NCBI GenBank assembly: GCA_025463045.1
Contig: JAOAPT010000050.1
Location: forward strand, 3,408 to 67,407
Length of the DNA stretch: 64,000 nt
Direction: 5' to 3'
Source: Candidatus Solibacter sp.
GTDB lineage: Bacteria; Acidobacteriota; Terriglobia; Bryobacterales; Bryobacteraceae
Shown piece after piece: positions 56,095 to 64,000 of this stretch. Made by a program: the position numbers and the translations under genes. The notes under the pieces are model-generated. The model saw only the letters and a list, made by a program, of their open reading frames with translations. It did no database searches and was not told the origin of the DNA. Position 1 is the stretch's first letter, and every line of letters starts with the position of its first letter.

Positions 56095-57252
56095 ATGCCG
56101 ACATTGTTTCGCGCCATGCCGCTGATTGTGGCGGCAACCGGATGTCTGTGCACCGGGCAGGCACAGCACTTGCCGGTCAGCCCGCCCGCGCCTGAAGTTC
56201 TGCTGAGCACGCATTTCCGGACTCCGCTCACCTATGAAGCGGCGCTGGCGCGCGTTGACCAATATCTGGATGAAGAAGTGGGCCGCAAAGCCGCGGTCGC
56301 GTTTCCGCAAATCGCACCGAAACAGCATTTCGACCTCTGGCATGACATGTGGGTTTCCTTCGGCGCGTCCGACGCTGCCGGAATTCCGGTCACGATCCAA
56401 CGCCCTACCGATGGGACCACTGCGCGCCTGGTGAAGGGCTGGATGCTCAATCTCGCGGGGCGGCTCGACGCGCCCGTGCCGCTGGAATTCAAGGAAGAAC
56501 CCGCGCTCCATTCCGCGGAAGGCGACGTCTATGGCGCCACGCGGGATGTGATCCGTGTGCTCAAGACCGACGCGTCGATGAAGGCGCTGCCCACGTGGCA
56601 GCACGCAGGCCTGATCGTCTCCGGCGGTCCGCTGGCGTCCGTCATGCTCGCACCCGCGGGTTTGCACGGCATTCACCACATCACGGTCATGGCGCAGACG
56701 GCGCCGGCAGCCAAGGCGCTCCTGACGCGCATCCAACAGGCCGTGCTCAAGCCCGGCATTTACGCGGCCTACTCGGAGGATGCCGAGATCGATGAAGAGA
56801 TCCGCAATCTTGCGCAAGGCAGAGTCGACACCGCGGCCGTCACCGATACGCGCGCCGTCTTTATCCCGCAGATGGATCCGAAGCTGATCGAAAACCGCCT
56901 GCGCCTCGATCCGGAAATCATGAAGCGCTCCGCGGCCGCTCAGGGACAATACGATGTCCGCTTCCGCATCGACAAGGCGTACCAGAAGGTCGTCGTGAAG
57001 TGGAGCGAACTGACGGGATACTCGCGGACGGATGGCAAGTTTCAGGGCGAGCGCGCGCTCGGGCAGACCGCGCTGCCGGCGCCGAAGATGTCGGTCCAGT
57101 CCGGAGGACACCTGGTGGCGCGCACGAGGCTGGAAAGCCTCAAGCCCGGAGCGTACCGCATCGTTCTCGAAGGCGCAAACGGCGCCGGCGAGGTCGTGCC
57201 AATCGACGAACGCATCTTCTGGTTCGACGGCAAGAGCTTCGAGGAACTCTAG
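56095..57252 (+). CDS. Hypothetical secreted/lipoprotein-like protein
   Basis: N-terminal MPTLFRAMPLIVAATGC signal-like segment. No recognisable domain. Tightly packed between the methyltransferase and the DtxR-like gene. Confidence 0.5.
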   Translation: MPTLFRAMPLIVAATGCLCTGQAQHLPVSPPAPEVLLSTHFRTPLTYEAALARVDQYLDEEVGRKAAVAFPQIAPKQHFDLWHDMWVSFGASDAAGIPVTIQRPTDGTTARLVKGWMLNLAGRLDAPVPLEFKEEPALHSAEGDVYGATRDVIRVLKTDASMKALPTWQHAGLIVSGGPLASVMLAPAGLHGIHHITVMAQTAPAAKALLTRIQQAVLKPGIYAAYSEDAEIDEEIRNLAQGRVDTAAVTDTRAVFIPQMDPKLIENRLRLDPEIMKRSAAAQGQYDVRFRIDKAYQKVVVKWSELTGYSRTDGKFQGERALGQTALPAPKMSVQSGGHLVARTRLESLKPGAYRIVLEGANGAGEVVPIDERIFWFDGKSFEEL

Positions 57253-57262
57253 GTCTCTTCCC

Positions 57263-57940
57263 TTGCCCCCGCGCATCACCATATCCAAGGAAAACTACCT
57301 GAAGGCCATCGCCGAGGCCGAGAGCGAGGGCGAGACGGTCAAGGCCGTGACGCTGGCGCGCTGGCTGCACGTCTCCGCTCCGGCGGTCACGATGGCGATC
57401 AAGCGACTGCGCCGCGATGCGTTGATTCGCGTGGCCGGCGAGGGGCAGCTTACGTTGACGCCGTCGGGGCGGGAGATTGCGAATCGCCTGCTGAACCGGC
57501 ACCACCTGATCGAGCGCATGCTGGCCGAGATCTTCGGGCTGGAGTGGTACAAGGTGCACGATGAGGCGGAGCAGTTAGAACACGCTGTGTCGGCGGATTT
57601 CGAATGCAAACTGATCGAACGGCTGGGCGTGGAGACCGAGTGTCCGCACGGCAATCGGGTCGGGATGGATTCGCCGAGCGATCGGCGCGGGCGGGGATTG
57701 AAGCCGCTCGACGAGGGCGTCGCCGGGGAGTGCGTCGCGGTGGTCAGCGTGTTCGAACGCGATCGCAAGCTGCTGGAGTATTTGGATGGGCTGGGGATTC
57801 GTCCGGGAGTGGAACTGGAAGTCGTGGGGACGGAGGCCGATCTCGAACTGCGCGCGGCGGGGCGCACGGTCGTGCTGGAACGTGCCGCGGCCTCGAAAGT
57901 GTGGGTCGCGGCTGGTGAGGATCCGAGGAGCGATCGTTAG
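57263..57940 (+). CDS. DtxR/MntR-family metal-dependent transcriptional regulator with C-terminal FeoA/SH3-like domain
   Basis: SKENYLKAIAE...VTLARWLHVSAPAVTMAIKRL...NRHHLIERML...VHDEAEQLEH...CPHGN. There is no in-frame ATG, so the TTG at 57263, 10 nt after the upstream stop, is proposed. Confidence 0.82.
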   Translation: MPPRITISKENYLKAIAEAESEGETVKAVTLARWLHVSAPAVTMAIKRLRRDALIRVAGEGQLTLTPSGREIANRLLNRHHLIERMLAEIFGLEWYKVHDEAEQLEHAVSADFECKLIERLGVETECPHGNRVGMDSPSDRRGRGLKPLDEGVAGECVAVVSVFERDRKLLEYLDGLGIRPGVELEVVGTEADLELRAAGRTVVLERAAASKVWVAAGEDPRSDR

Positions 57941-57967
57941 AGAATCCCTGGCCCGCCAAACCCCCAA

Positions 57968-58036
57968 TCCGAGCCGCGACGGTTACGGAGCGGTGGTCGC
58001 GTGACCACCGCTCCGTAACCGGTTGCGGCTCGGTTC
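57968..58036. repeat. Palindromic dispersed repeat, copy 4 (most complete)
   Basis: GAGCCGCGACGGTTACGGAGCGGTGGTC (57971-57998), loop GCGT, and right arm GACCACCGCTCCGTAACCGGTTGCGGCTC (58003-58031). Lies between convergent genes. Confidence 0.9.
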
Positions 58037-58080
58037 TTCATCGTGTTTGGTGGGCCGCAGCAGCCCCGATTGGTGCTCAA

Positions 58081-60141
58081 CTACCGCTCGGCAACCGCCG
58101 CATCCAGCGGACCCGCCGGGCAGGAGAAATTATTGACGCCCGAAGCCTTCAACTGCTCGGCCTGATCGCGCCGGCCCGATTTCATCCTCAGTTGAATTGC
58201 CGCCAACGTCGCCGAGCAAAGCTGCGTGTGGACCGCCTCGCAGCCCGGATTGAGCGCCATCGTGCCGTTCTGCCCCGGCATCAGCGCGCAGCCGCCGTGA
58301 TCGCCGCCGTTCTGGTACGCCTGCACCACGTTCTCGCGCAGGCCCGCATCCATCGTCAGCAGGACGCCTTCCATCAGCACCGTGATCGCCCGCTGGACCT
58401 GGCCCGCGGCAATCAAGGATTCCGCATACTGCCGGTACACCTCGGGATTCCCTGGGTCGAGTTCGATCGATCCAGCCGAAGTATTAAGCGCCCGGCCGGT
58501 GTCGCCGACTTTCAGGTACGCGACCGAGATCAAGCGATCGATTTCGGCCGGCGCCGCGGCGAGCGGGTTCGTCTTCGCGTCGAAACCGGCCTGTTTGCGC
58601 GCGTCTGCCAACTGCGCGAGCACCATCGTGCGGCAGCGCTCGAGTAGCTCAATCGCGCGGCGACAGGCGGCAACATCGCCTTTAGCGAGATACCACATCG
58701 CGGCCCGACGGAGCGCGCCAGCGTTATTGCGCTCGGGCGGCAGCGGCGCCAGGATCGCCAGGCTCTTCTCGCCTTCGCTCAAGACGCGGTCGATATTCGC
58801 GTGCGCGGGGTCGCTGTCGAACAGGGCATTGGCGAGCATCAGGTGACTCTTGTAACTCCCAGGCGAAACGGCGACCGCCGCCGTCGAGAGGGTCAGATCG
58901 TTCTGCCAGTCCTGATTGCGAACCCACGTTCGCGCCGCCCAGGCCGCCATCAGCAGACCGAGAACGGCGGGCACGAACCACGGCGCCCGGATGCGCGCTG
59001 CGAAGACGCCGCACACCAGCGCCGCTGCGAACGCGATCGACGGCAGATACAGGAAGCGCTCGGCCATGATCGTGCCGATCGGGAAGAGCAGGTTCGACGT
59101 CGGCAGAAAGACCAGGAACGCCGTGCCCGCAAGAAAGATCGCCATCCGATGCCGTCGCAGCCACACGACCGCGAGTACCAGGACCAGACACCAGGCCAAC
59201 GCCAAGCCTGCGCCCAGCGGAATCTGCGCCCACGAGTAGTCGCTCGCAAGCGCCCCCGGCCAGATCAGCAGACCGAGGTACTTGCCGATCACGGTGATCG
59301 CGGTCAGTCTGCCGGTCAGCCAGTCCGCACCCGTTATCGGGTTATCGTAGAACGGGAAATTCGTCGGCTGCGAGGAGAACAGCACGGCGGCGCGCTGATA
59401 CAGCATGAGCTGGATCGGGATCAGCATCGCGATCGCGCCGAAGAGCAACCCGCGCCCTTGCCGGCGCTCCTTCCACCAGACCGCCTCGTAAAGCGCCACC
59501 ACGCCGAGCAAGGTGACGGCCGATTCCTTGGCGAAGACGCCGGCGGCCGTCACCACTGAGAGCAGCACGAGCCACATCCAGCGGCGTGCGCCCTCCGATT
59601 CGGTGCTCTTCAGATAAATCAGGAAGCCGCCGAGCACCGCCGCTCCGGCCAGCAGATCGGCGCGCCCCACGATATTGGTCACCGATTCGGTGAGCAGCGG
59701 ATGGACGGCCCACAATCCCGCGATCCACGCCGGACGCCACCCGCCGCCCGCGAATCGCAATCCGAGTGCGTAGACCAGCAGCACGTTCCCGGCGTGGAGC
59801 AGAAAATTGACCCAGTGGTAGCCCGCCGGCGAGTTGCCGCCGCCCAGCGTGGAATAGTTCAAGAGGTACGTCAAGGTGGTGAGCGGCCGGTACAGTCCGC
59901 TCTCGCCATACGGCCACCAATAGGTGTGTTCGAAGATCAGCGAAAGATTCTCCGACGTAGCCTCGCGAATCCGGGTACTCTCCAGAATCAGTCCGCGATT
60001 GTCCATCGCGAAGCCGGCGGTGAACGAGTTCGAGTAGGCGGCCAAGGTCAGCAGGCAAAGTGCCAGCGCAGTCCACAGATGGCGCTGCCGGGTGGACCGC
60101 GGTGTGACAACTGGCTTCGAATTTTGCGCCTGGGACTTCAT
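58081..60141 (-). CDS. Polytopic membrane protein with C-terminal TPR repeats (TMTC/PMT-like putative glycosyltransferase, DUF1736-type)
   Basis: About 11 TM helices with N-terminal AYSNSFTAGFAMDNRGLI...YRPLTTLTYLLNY, like TMTC-type proteins. C-terminal ~250 aa of TPR-like helices. Confidence 0.7.
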   Translation of the reverse strand: MKSQAQNSKPVVTPRSTRQRHLWTALALCLLTLAAYSNSFTAGFAMDNRGLILESTRIREATSENLSLIFEHTYWWPYGESGLYRPLTTLTYLLNYSTLGGGNSPAGYHWVNFLLHAGNVLLVYALGLRFAGGGWRPAWIAGLWAVHPLLTESVTNIVGRADLLAGAAVLGGFLIYLKSTESEGARRWMWLVLLSVVTAAGVFAKESAVTLLGVVALYEAVWWKERRQGRGLLFGAIAMLIPIQLMLYQRAAVLFSSQPTNFPFYDNPITGADWLTGRLTAITVIGKYLGLLIWPGALASDYSWAQIPLGAGLALAWCLVLVLAVVWLRRHRMAIFLAGTAFLVFLPTSNLLFPIGTIMAERFLYLPSIAFAAALVCGVFAARIRAPWFVPAVLGLLMAAWAARTWVRNQDWQNDLTLSTAAVAVSPGSYKSHLMLANALFDSDPAHANIDRVLSEGEKSLAILAPLPPERNNAGALRRAAMWYLAKGDVAACRRAIELLERCRTMVLAQLADARKQAGFDAKTNPLAAAPAEIDRLISVAYLKVGDTGRALNTSAGSIELDPGNPEVYRQYAESLIAAGQVQRAITVLMEGVLLTMDAGLRENVVQAYQNGGDHGGCALMPGQNGTMALNPGCEAVHTQLCSATLAAIQLRMKSGRRDQAEQLKASGVNNFSCPAGPLDAAVAER

Positions 60142-60274
60142 GAATCTTCAGCCTAACATCGTGCCGTGCAGCGGAAGCCAGTCACCTCAACTTGATAAAT
60201 ATTTCGCATTGAAACTGCGCCACTTAACCTCCGTACGAACCTTCAGCCCCTTGCGCGGCCGATACCATTCGTTT

Positions 60275-60568
60275 GTGGAACGCCTCACGAAAGCCGACCG
60301 GGCCTGCGCTGTCGCCGCAGCCGCCGCACACGATCTCAACGACGAGTTGACCGTCATCGTCAACTCCGTTGCCTGCGGGCTGCACGCCCTGGAACCGGGT
60401 CACCCCGCCCGTGCACTGCTGCTCGAAGCACAGAGCGCGGCCCAGCGCTGCGTGTGGAAGACTTCGGGAATGCTGAACTATGCGGCGCGGCGCGGCACCC
60501 GTCCGGCCAACGTTCCGATGGAGCGGCTGGTCTTGGAGAACGACGAACCCGCGCTAAGGTATTACTAA
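60275..60568 (+). CDS. Stand-alone HisKA/DHp-like fragment (truncated histidine kinase or small DHp protein)
   Basis: AAAAAHDLNDELTVIVNSV...LLLEAQSAAQRCVWKTSGMLNYAAR matches an H-box plus the second DHp helix. No ATPase domain follows. The stop lies 3 nt before tsaD. Start is unresolved (GTG 60275, or ATG 60140). Confidence 0.35.
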   Translation: MERLTKADRACAVAAAAAHDLNDELTVIVNSVACGLHALEPGHPARALLLEAQSAAQRCVWKTSGMLNYAARRGTRPANVPMERLVLENDEPALRYY

Positions 60569-60571
60569 GCA

Positions 60572-61651
60572 ATGAAAATCCTGGGCATCGAGTCGTCGTG
60601 TGACGAAACCGCCGCCGCCGTGGTGGAGGATGGCGAGCGTGTGCTTTCGAGCGTCGTCGCCTCGCAGATGAGCATGCACGGCAAGTACGGCGGAGTCGTG
60701 CCGGAACTGGCGTCGCGCGAGCATCTGCGCGCGATTGTGCCGGTGGTTCGGGAAGCACTGGAACGTTCCGCGACGCGGCTGCCGGATCTCGCGGCGATCG
60801 CGGTGACGATGGGGCCGGGCCTGGTCGGTTCGCTGCTGGTCGGACTGACGTACGCCAAGAGCCTCAGCTTGGCGAGCGGAGTGCCGATGATCGGCGTCAA
60901 TCATATTGAAGGGCACATCCACGCCGTGATTCTGGAAGCGCGCCGTGCGGGCGCGCCGGTCGAATTTCCGGCGCTGGCGCTAGTGGCGAGCGGCGGCCAC
61001 ACGCACCTCTTCGAAGTCCGCGAAAACTACGTGTATCGCCTTCTCGGCAAGACGCGCGACGACGCCGCGGGCGAGGCCTTCGACAAAGTTGGAAAGCTGT
61101 TGGGTTTCGGATATCCGGGCGGTCCGGTGATCGACCGCCTGGCGCCCCACGGCAATCCCCTGGCAGTCCGTTTCACGTTCGCCAAAATGAAAGGCAACGC
61201 GCTCGATTTCAGCTTCAGCGGGTTGAAGACGGCGGTGCTTCGCTGGGTGGAGACGCACGATCTGGAAGCGGAAACCGCCGTGCGGCGGGCGTTCCTGCGG
61301 GACAATCCCGCGCCGACCGTTGAGCAGTGGTTGTCGGTCACCCCGCAGCGTACGCTCGATCTGGTGGCTTCGTTTCAGCACGCCGTGATTCACGAGCTAT
61401 TGACGCGCGCCGCGGCGTCGGCGGAACTGATCGACGCGCGCAGCTTGATCGTTTCCGGAGGTGTGGCGTGCAATTCGGGATTGCGCACCGCGGCGTACGC
61501 CAGCCGCCTGCCGTACCCCGTCCATTTTCCTTCCTTCGGGCTCTCCACGGATAACGCCGTGATGATCGCCGCGGCGGCTTTTCCGAAGCTGGCCCGCGGT
61601 GAATTCAGCGGCTTGGATGTCGGGGCGCAGGCCAATCTTACCCTGGCCTGA
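60572..61651 (+). CDS. tsaD: tRNA N6-adenosine threonylcarbamoyltransferase
   Basis: [18 protein letters not shown]...GVNHIEGH...SGGHT...[18 protein letters not shown]. Confidence 0.95.
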   Translation: MKILGIESSCDETAAAVVEDGERVLSSVVASQMSMHGKYGGVVPELASREHLRAIVPVVREALERSATRLPDLAAIAVTMGPGLVGSLLVGLTYAKSLSLASGVPMIGVNHIEGHIHAVILEARRAGAPVEFPALALVASGGHTHLFEVRENYVYRLLGKTRDDAAGEAFDKVGKLLGFGYPGGPVIDRLAPHGNPLAVRFTFAKMKGNALDFSFSGLKTAVLRWVETHDLEAETAVRRAFLRDNPAPTVEQWLSVTPQRTLDLVASFQHAVIHELLTRAAASAELIDARSLIVSGGVACNSGLRTAAYASRLPYPVHFPSFGLSTDNAVMIAAAAFPKLARGEFSGLDVGAQANLTLA

Positions 61652-61670
61652 CGTTTTTTCCGCTGTAGCG

Positions 61671-63026
61671 CTACGCGAGGATCTCTTTCACTACGTTGCC
61701 TGCGACGTCAGTGAGGCGATAGTCTCGTCCTGCGTGACGGAAGGTGAGCTTGGTATGGTCGAAGCCCAGGCAGTGGAGAATCGTCGCGTGGAAATCGTGC
61801 ACGTGGCATTCGTTCTCCACGATCTTGGCGCCGAAATCGTCGGTCTTGCCGTAGGTGATGCCGCCTTTGACTCCGCCACCGGCGAGCCACGACGAAAAGG
61901 CGCGATTGTAGTGGCCGCGTCCCATCTGCCCCTCCGGTCCGGGAGAACGGCCGAACTCGGTGGTGAACACGACCAGGGTGTCCTTCAGCAGGCCGCGCGA
62001 TTTCAGGTCCGTGAGCAGTCCGGCGATCGGACGGTCGATATTCTTCGCCAACGGTCCGTGGGTGTGGATATCGCCGTGCGCGTCCCAGTTCTTGCTCGAG
62101 CCGACGTCGATCAGTTCCACGAAGCGCACTCCCTGCTCCATCATCCGGCGCGCCACCAGGCATTGCCAGCCGAAGCCCGTTGTAGTGCCGCGCTCCATTC
62201 CGTAGAGTTTGAGCGTTGCGTCGCTTTCCTTCGCGAGATCGAGCACCTGCGGCATCGTCATCTGCATGCCGAATGCCGTCTCGTAACTCTTGATGCGCGC
62301 GTCCAGCATCGGGTCGCCCGGGTGCTGCTTCTCGTGCTTGCGGTTGAAGCGATCGAGCAGGCTCAGTTCGAGCTTCTGCATGTCGGCCGAGGGCGCACGG
62401 CGATTCAGGTCCGGCACCGGTTCCGGTCCGCTCGTAATGCGCGTGCCCGAATACACGCCGGGCAGGAAATCGCTGGACCAGATCTGACTTCCGGCGTACG
62501 GCATCTCGGGCGCGAGCACCACGTAGCACGGTAGATTCTGATTCTCCGTTCCGAGCCCGTACGTGACCCACGATCCGACACTCGGGCGCTTGAATGTCAC
62601 CGAGCCGGTGTGGATTCCCAGCGTTGCCTGAAAGTGATCGTTATGGTCGCCGCGCATGCTGCGCACGATGCACAGATCGTCCACACACTCGGCGATGTTC
62701 GGGAACAGGTCGGTGACTTCGATCCCCGATTTGCCGCGTGGTTTGGATTCCCAGGGCGAACCCATCATCTTGCGATTGTTCTCGCCCGTCTTGCCTTCGC
62801 GCTGGTATTCGGCAAGCTTCGGCTTGGGGTCGAAGGAATCCACGTGCGAAGCGCCGCCGCTCAGGTAGATGAAGATCACTCGCTTGGCGGTGCCCGGGAA
62901 ATGCGGCGCCTTCGGAGCGAGCGGAGAACTCTCCGCGGCCATCAGCTGGTTGATTACGGCAGGAAAAATTCCCGACCCCAGCAACAGGGATCGCACCATC
63001 TGGCGGCGATTCAGTTCACAGGACAT
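61671..63026 (-). CDS. DUF1501 domain protein (sulfatase-like fold, Tat-type signal)
   Basis: NRRQMVRSLLLGSG twin-Arg-like N-terminus. Family motifs FIYLSGGASHVDSFDPKP...GRDHN-like RGDHNDH...WDAHGD...EFGRSP. Confidence 0.88.
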   Translation of the reverse strand: MSCELNRRQMVRSLLLGSGIFPAVINQLMAAESSPLAPKAPHFPGTAKRVIFIYLSGGASHVDSFDPKPKLAEYQREGKTGENNRKMMGSPWESKPRGKSGIEVTDLFPNIAECVDDLCIVRSMRGDHNDHFQATLGIHTGSVTFKRPSVGSWVTYGLGTENQNLPCYVVLAPEMPYAGSQIWSSDFLPGVYSGTRITSGPEPVPDLNRRAPSADMQKLELSLLDRFNRKHEKQHPGDPMLDARIKSYETAFGMQMTMPQVLDLAKESDATLKLYGMERGTTTGFGWQCLVARRMMEQGVRFVELIDVGSSKNWDAHGDIHTHGPLAKNIDRPIAGLLTDLKSRGLLKDTLVVFTTEFGRSPGPEGQMGRGHYNRAFSSWLAGGGVKGGITYGKTDDFGAKIVENECHVHDFHATILHCLGFDHTKLTFRHAGRDYRLTDVAGNVVKEILA

Positions 63027-63033
63027 AAATACC

Positions 63034-64000
63034 TCAATCCAGCGTCAGGAACTCGTTGCTGCCGAGCAGCACGCGCATCAATGAGGCCAGCGCCTCGCGA
63101 TTTTTCTTGTACTCCGGAACTGCCGTGCCGCCGAGCGACGTACGCGCCGAAGTCAGGAACTGGCGTGCATCGCGAAGTTCCTCGGGCGTGGGTGTGCGCC
63201 CGTAAAGCAGGCTGAACGCGTAGGTGAGCCGCTCCGCATCGTTCCCGTACGCCAGGCCGACGCGCACCGCGAGCCCGTCCGCCTGCTCGTGGAAGAATGG
63301 ATCGTTCATCGTGTAGAGCGCCTGCAGCGCCGTCGTCGTGAACGGGCGGACGCCGGTAACGGCGTTCGGATCCGCGCCATCGAACAGGTCGAGGAACGGC
63401 TGGCGCCGGATGCGCTGCTGCATCAGGTAGACGCTGCGCTTGTTGGTGGCGAAATCCTTTTCGGCGGCGATGAACGGCTGGTGCTGCGTGTACCGCCACG
63501 TCATCTCGGGCGTGAACGGCGCCTGCTCACCGGACGCCGGATCCAGATTGCCGCTGAGACTGAGCAGCGAATCGCGGATCTCCTCGGCGTCCAGACGACG
63601 TCGGTTGAACTTCCACAGATAGGCGTTCTTCGCGTCCTTCACCGCGTTCTTCGGATCGTTCCCGCTGGCCGATTGGTACGTGCGCGAGAGCAGGATCATG
63701 CGATGAAGTTTCTTCACGCTCCACCCGCTTTCGATAAAGCGGCTGGTCAGGTAATCGAGCAGTTCCGGATGACTTGGCGCTTCCCCTCGCGTACCGAAAT
63801 CGTCGGGCGTCGCCACAATGCCCTGGCCGAAGTGCCAGTGCCAGATGCGATTCACCATGACGCGCGCAGTCAACGGATTCTTCGCATCGGCCACCCAGTC
63901 GGCCAGTTCGAGCCGTCCGCTGCCCGTCTCCTCGGGCGGCACTTTGGCGCCCCCGAGAATCGTCGGGAAGCCGCGCGGCACCTCCGGCCCGAGCGTCGCC
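63034..64000 (-). CDS. DUF1553 (PSD1-type) domain protein, C-terminal part only (continues past the window end)
   Basis: NPLTARVMVNRIWHWHFGQGIV.TPDDFG..G..PSHPELLDYL is typical of DUF1553. It lies upstream of DUF1501, as in the usual DUF1549/DUF1553-DUF1501 pair. The reading frame stays open to the window edge. Confidence 0.85.
   Translation of the reverse strand, partial: ATLGPEVPRGFPTILGGAKVPPEETGSGRLELADWVADAKNPLTARVMVNRIWHWHFGQGIVATPDDFGTRGEAPSHPELLDYLTSRFIESGWSVKKLHRMILLSRTYQSASGNDPKNAVKDAKNAYLWKFNRRRLDAEEIRDSLLSLSGNLDPASGEQAPFTPEMTWRYTQHQPFIAAEKDFATNKRSVYLMQQRIRRQPFLDLFDGADPNAVTGVRPFTTTALQALYTMNDPFFHEQADGLAVRVGLAYGNDAERLTYAFSLLYGRTPTPEELRDARQFLTSARTSLGGTAVPEYKKNREALASLMRVLLGSNEFLTLD

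Noticed and set aside
57032-57262. 77-codon upstream extension of the DtxR-like ORF.
   Set aside because: It overlaps the 3' end of the preceding gene in another frame and is R/S/A-rich. The DtxR family N-terminus (SKENYLKAI) begins right after 57263.
18789-58036. Possibility that the repeated palindromes form a CRISPR array.
   Set aside because: The copies are 10-20 kb apart, not interspaced by short unique spacers, and no cas genes are present. They are dispersed REP-like elements.

Overview
High-GC (roughly 60-65%) bacterial chromosomal segment. It most likely comes from an Acidobacteriota genome of the Solibacter/Bryobacter type: three secreted proteins end in the Solibacter-type TIGR03437 C-terminal domain, there is a DUF1553/DUF1501 pair, and an ECF sigma factor is linked to a Ser/Thr kinase. 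I call about 50 protein genes and found no rRNA, tRNA or CRISPR array.

Housekeeping content includes ileS-lspA-lgt, lysA, ribA and tsaD. There is also a form-II CODH-like coxS-L-M-G operon with overlapping stop/start codons, and a sugar-acid set (YjhG-like dehydratase, KduD-like SDR, Zn-ADH). Carbohydrate and hydrolase genes include GH3, GH95, a glutaminase-A-like protein and two beta-lactamase-fold hydrolases. Several signalling genes are present: LytS/LytTR, an orphan LytS kinase, REC-PP2C, and LysR- and DtxR-family regulators.

The most interesting stretch is about 32.9-46.4 kb:
- A TIMP/NTR-like secreted protein.
- An OMP plus a beta-propeller exoprotein.
- A divergent repeat-rich exoprotein.
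- A Ser/Thr kinase - ECF sigma pair with no anti-sigma factor.
- A third exoprotein, followed by a decayed integrase.
- A bipartite motif (GCGCTGTAACCTT ... TTCCTTAT) upstream of both the sigma gene and the divergent exoprotein gene. This suggests a kinase -> sigma -> target circuit.

The non-coding DNA carries two dispersed repeat families: a ~65-bp palindromic element in 4 copies, and a ~110-145-bp composite element in 3 copies, two of which bracket one orphan gene. It also has an 11-bp x7 purine tandem repeat, leaderless-type promoters, a frameshifted EEP gene and a 16-bp tandem duplication at a gene junction.

All functional calls rest on motifs read by eye from the ORF translations. No database search was run, so family names are recognitions, start codons are often uncertain, and every regulatory element is a prediction.
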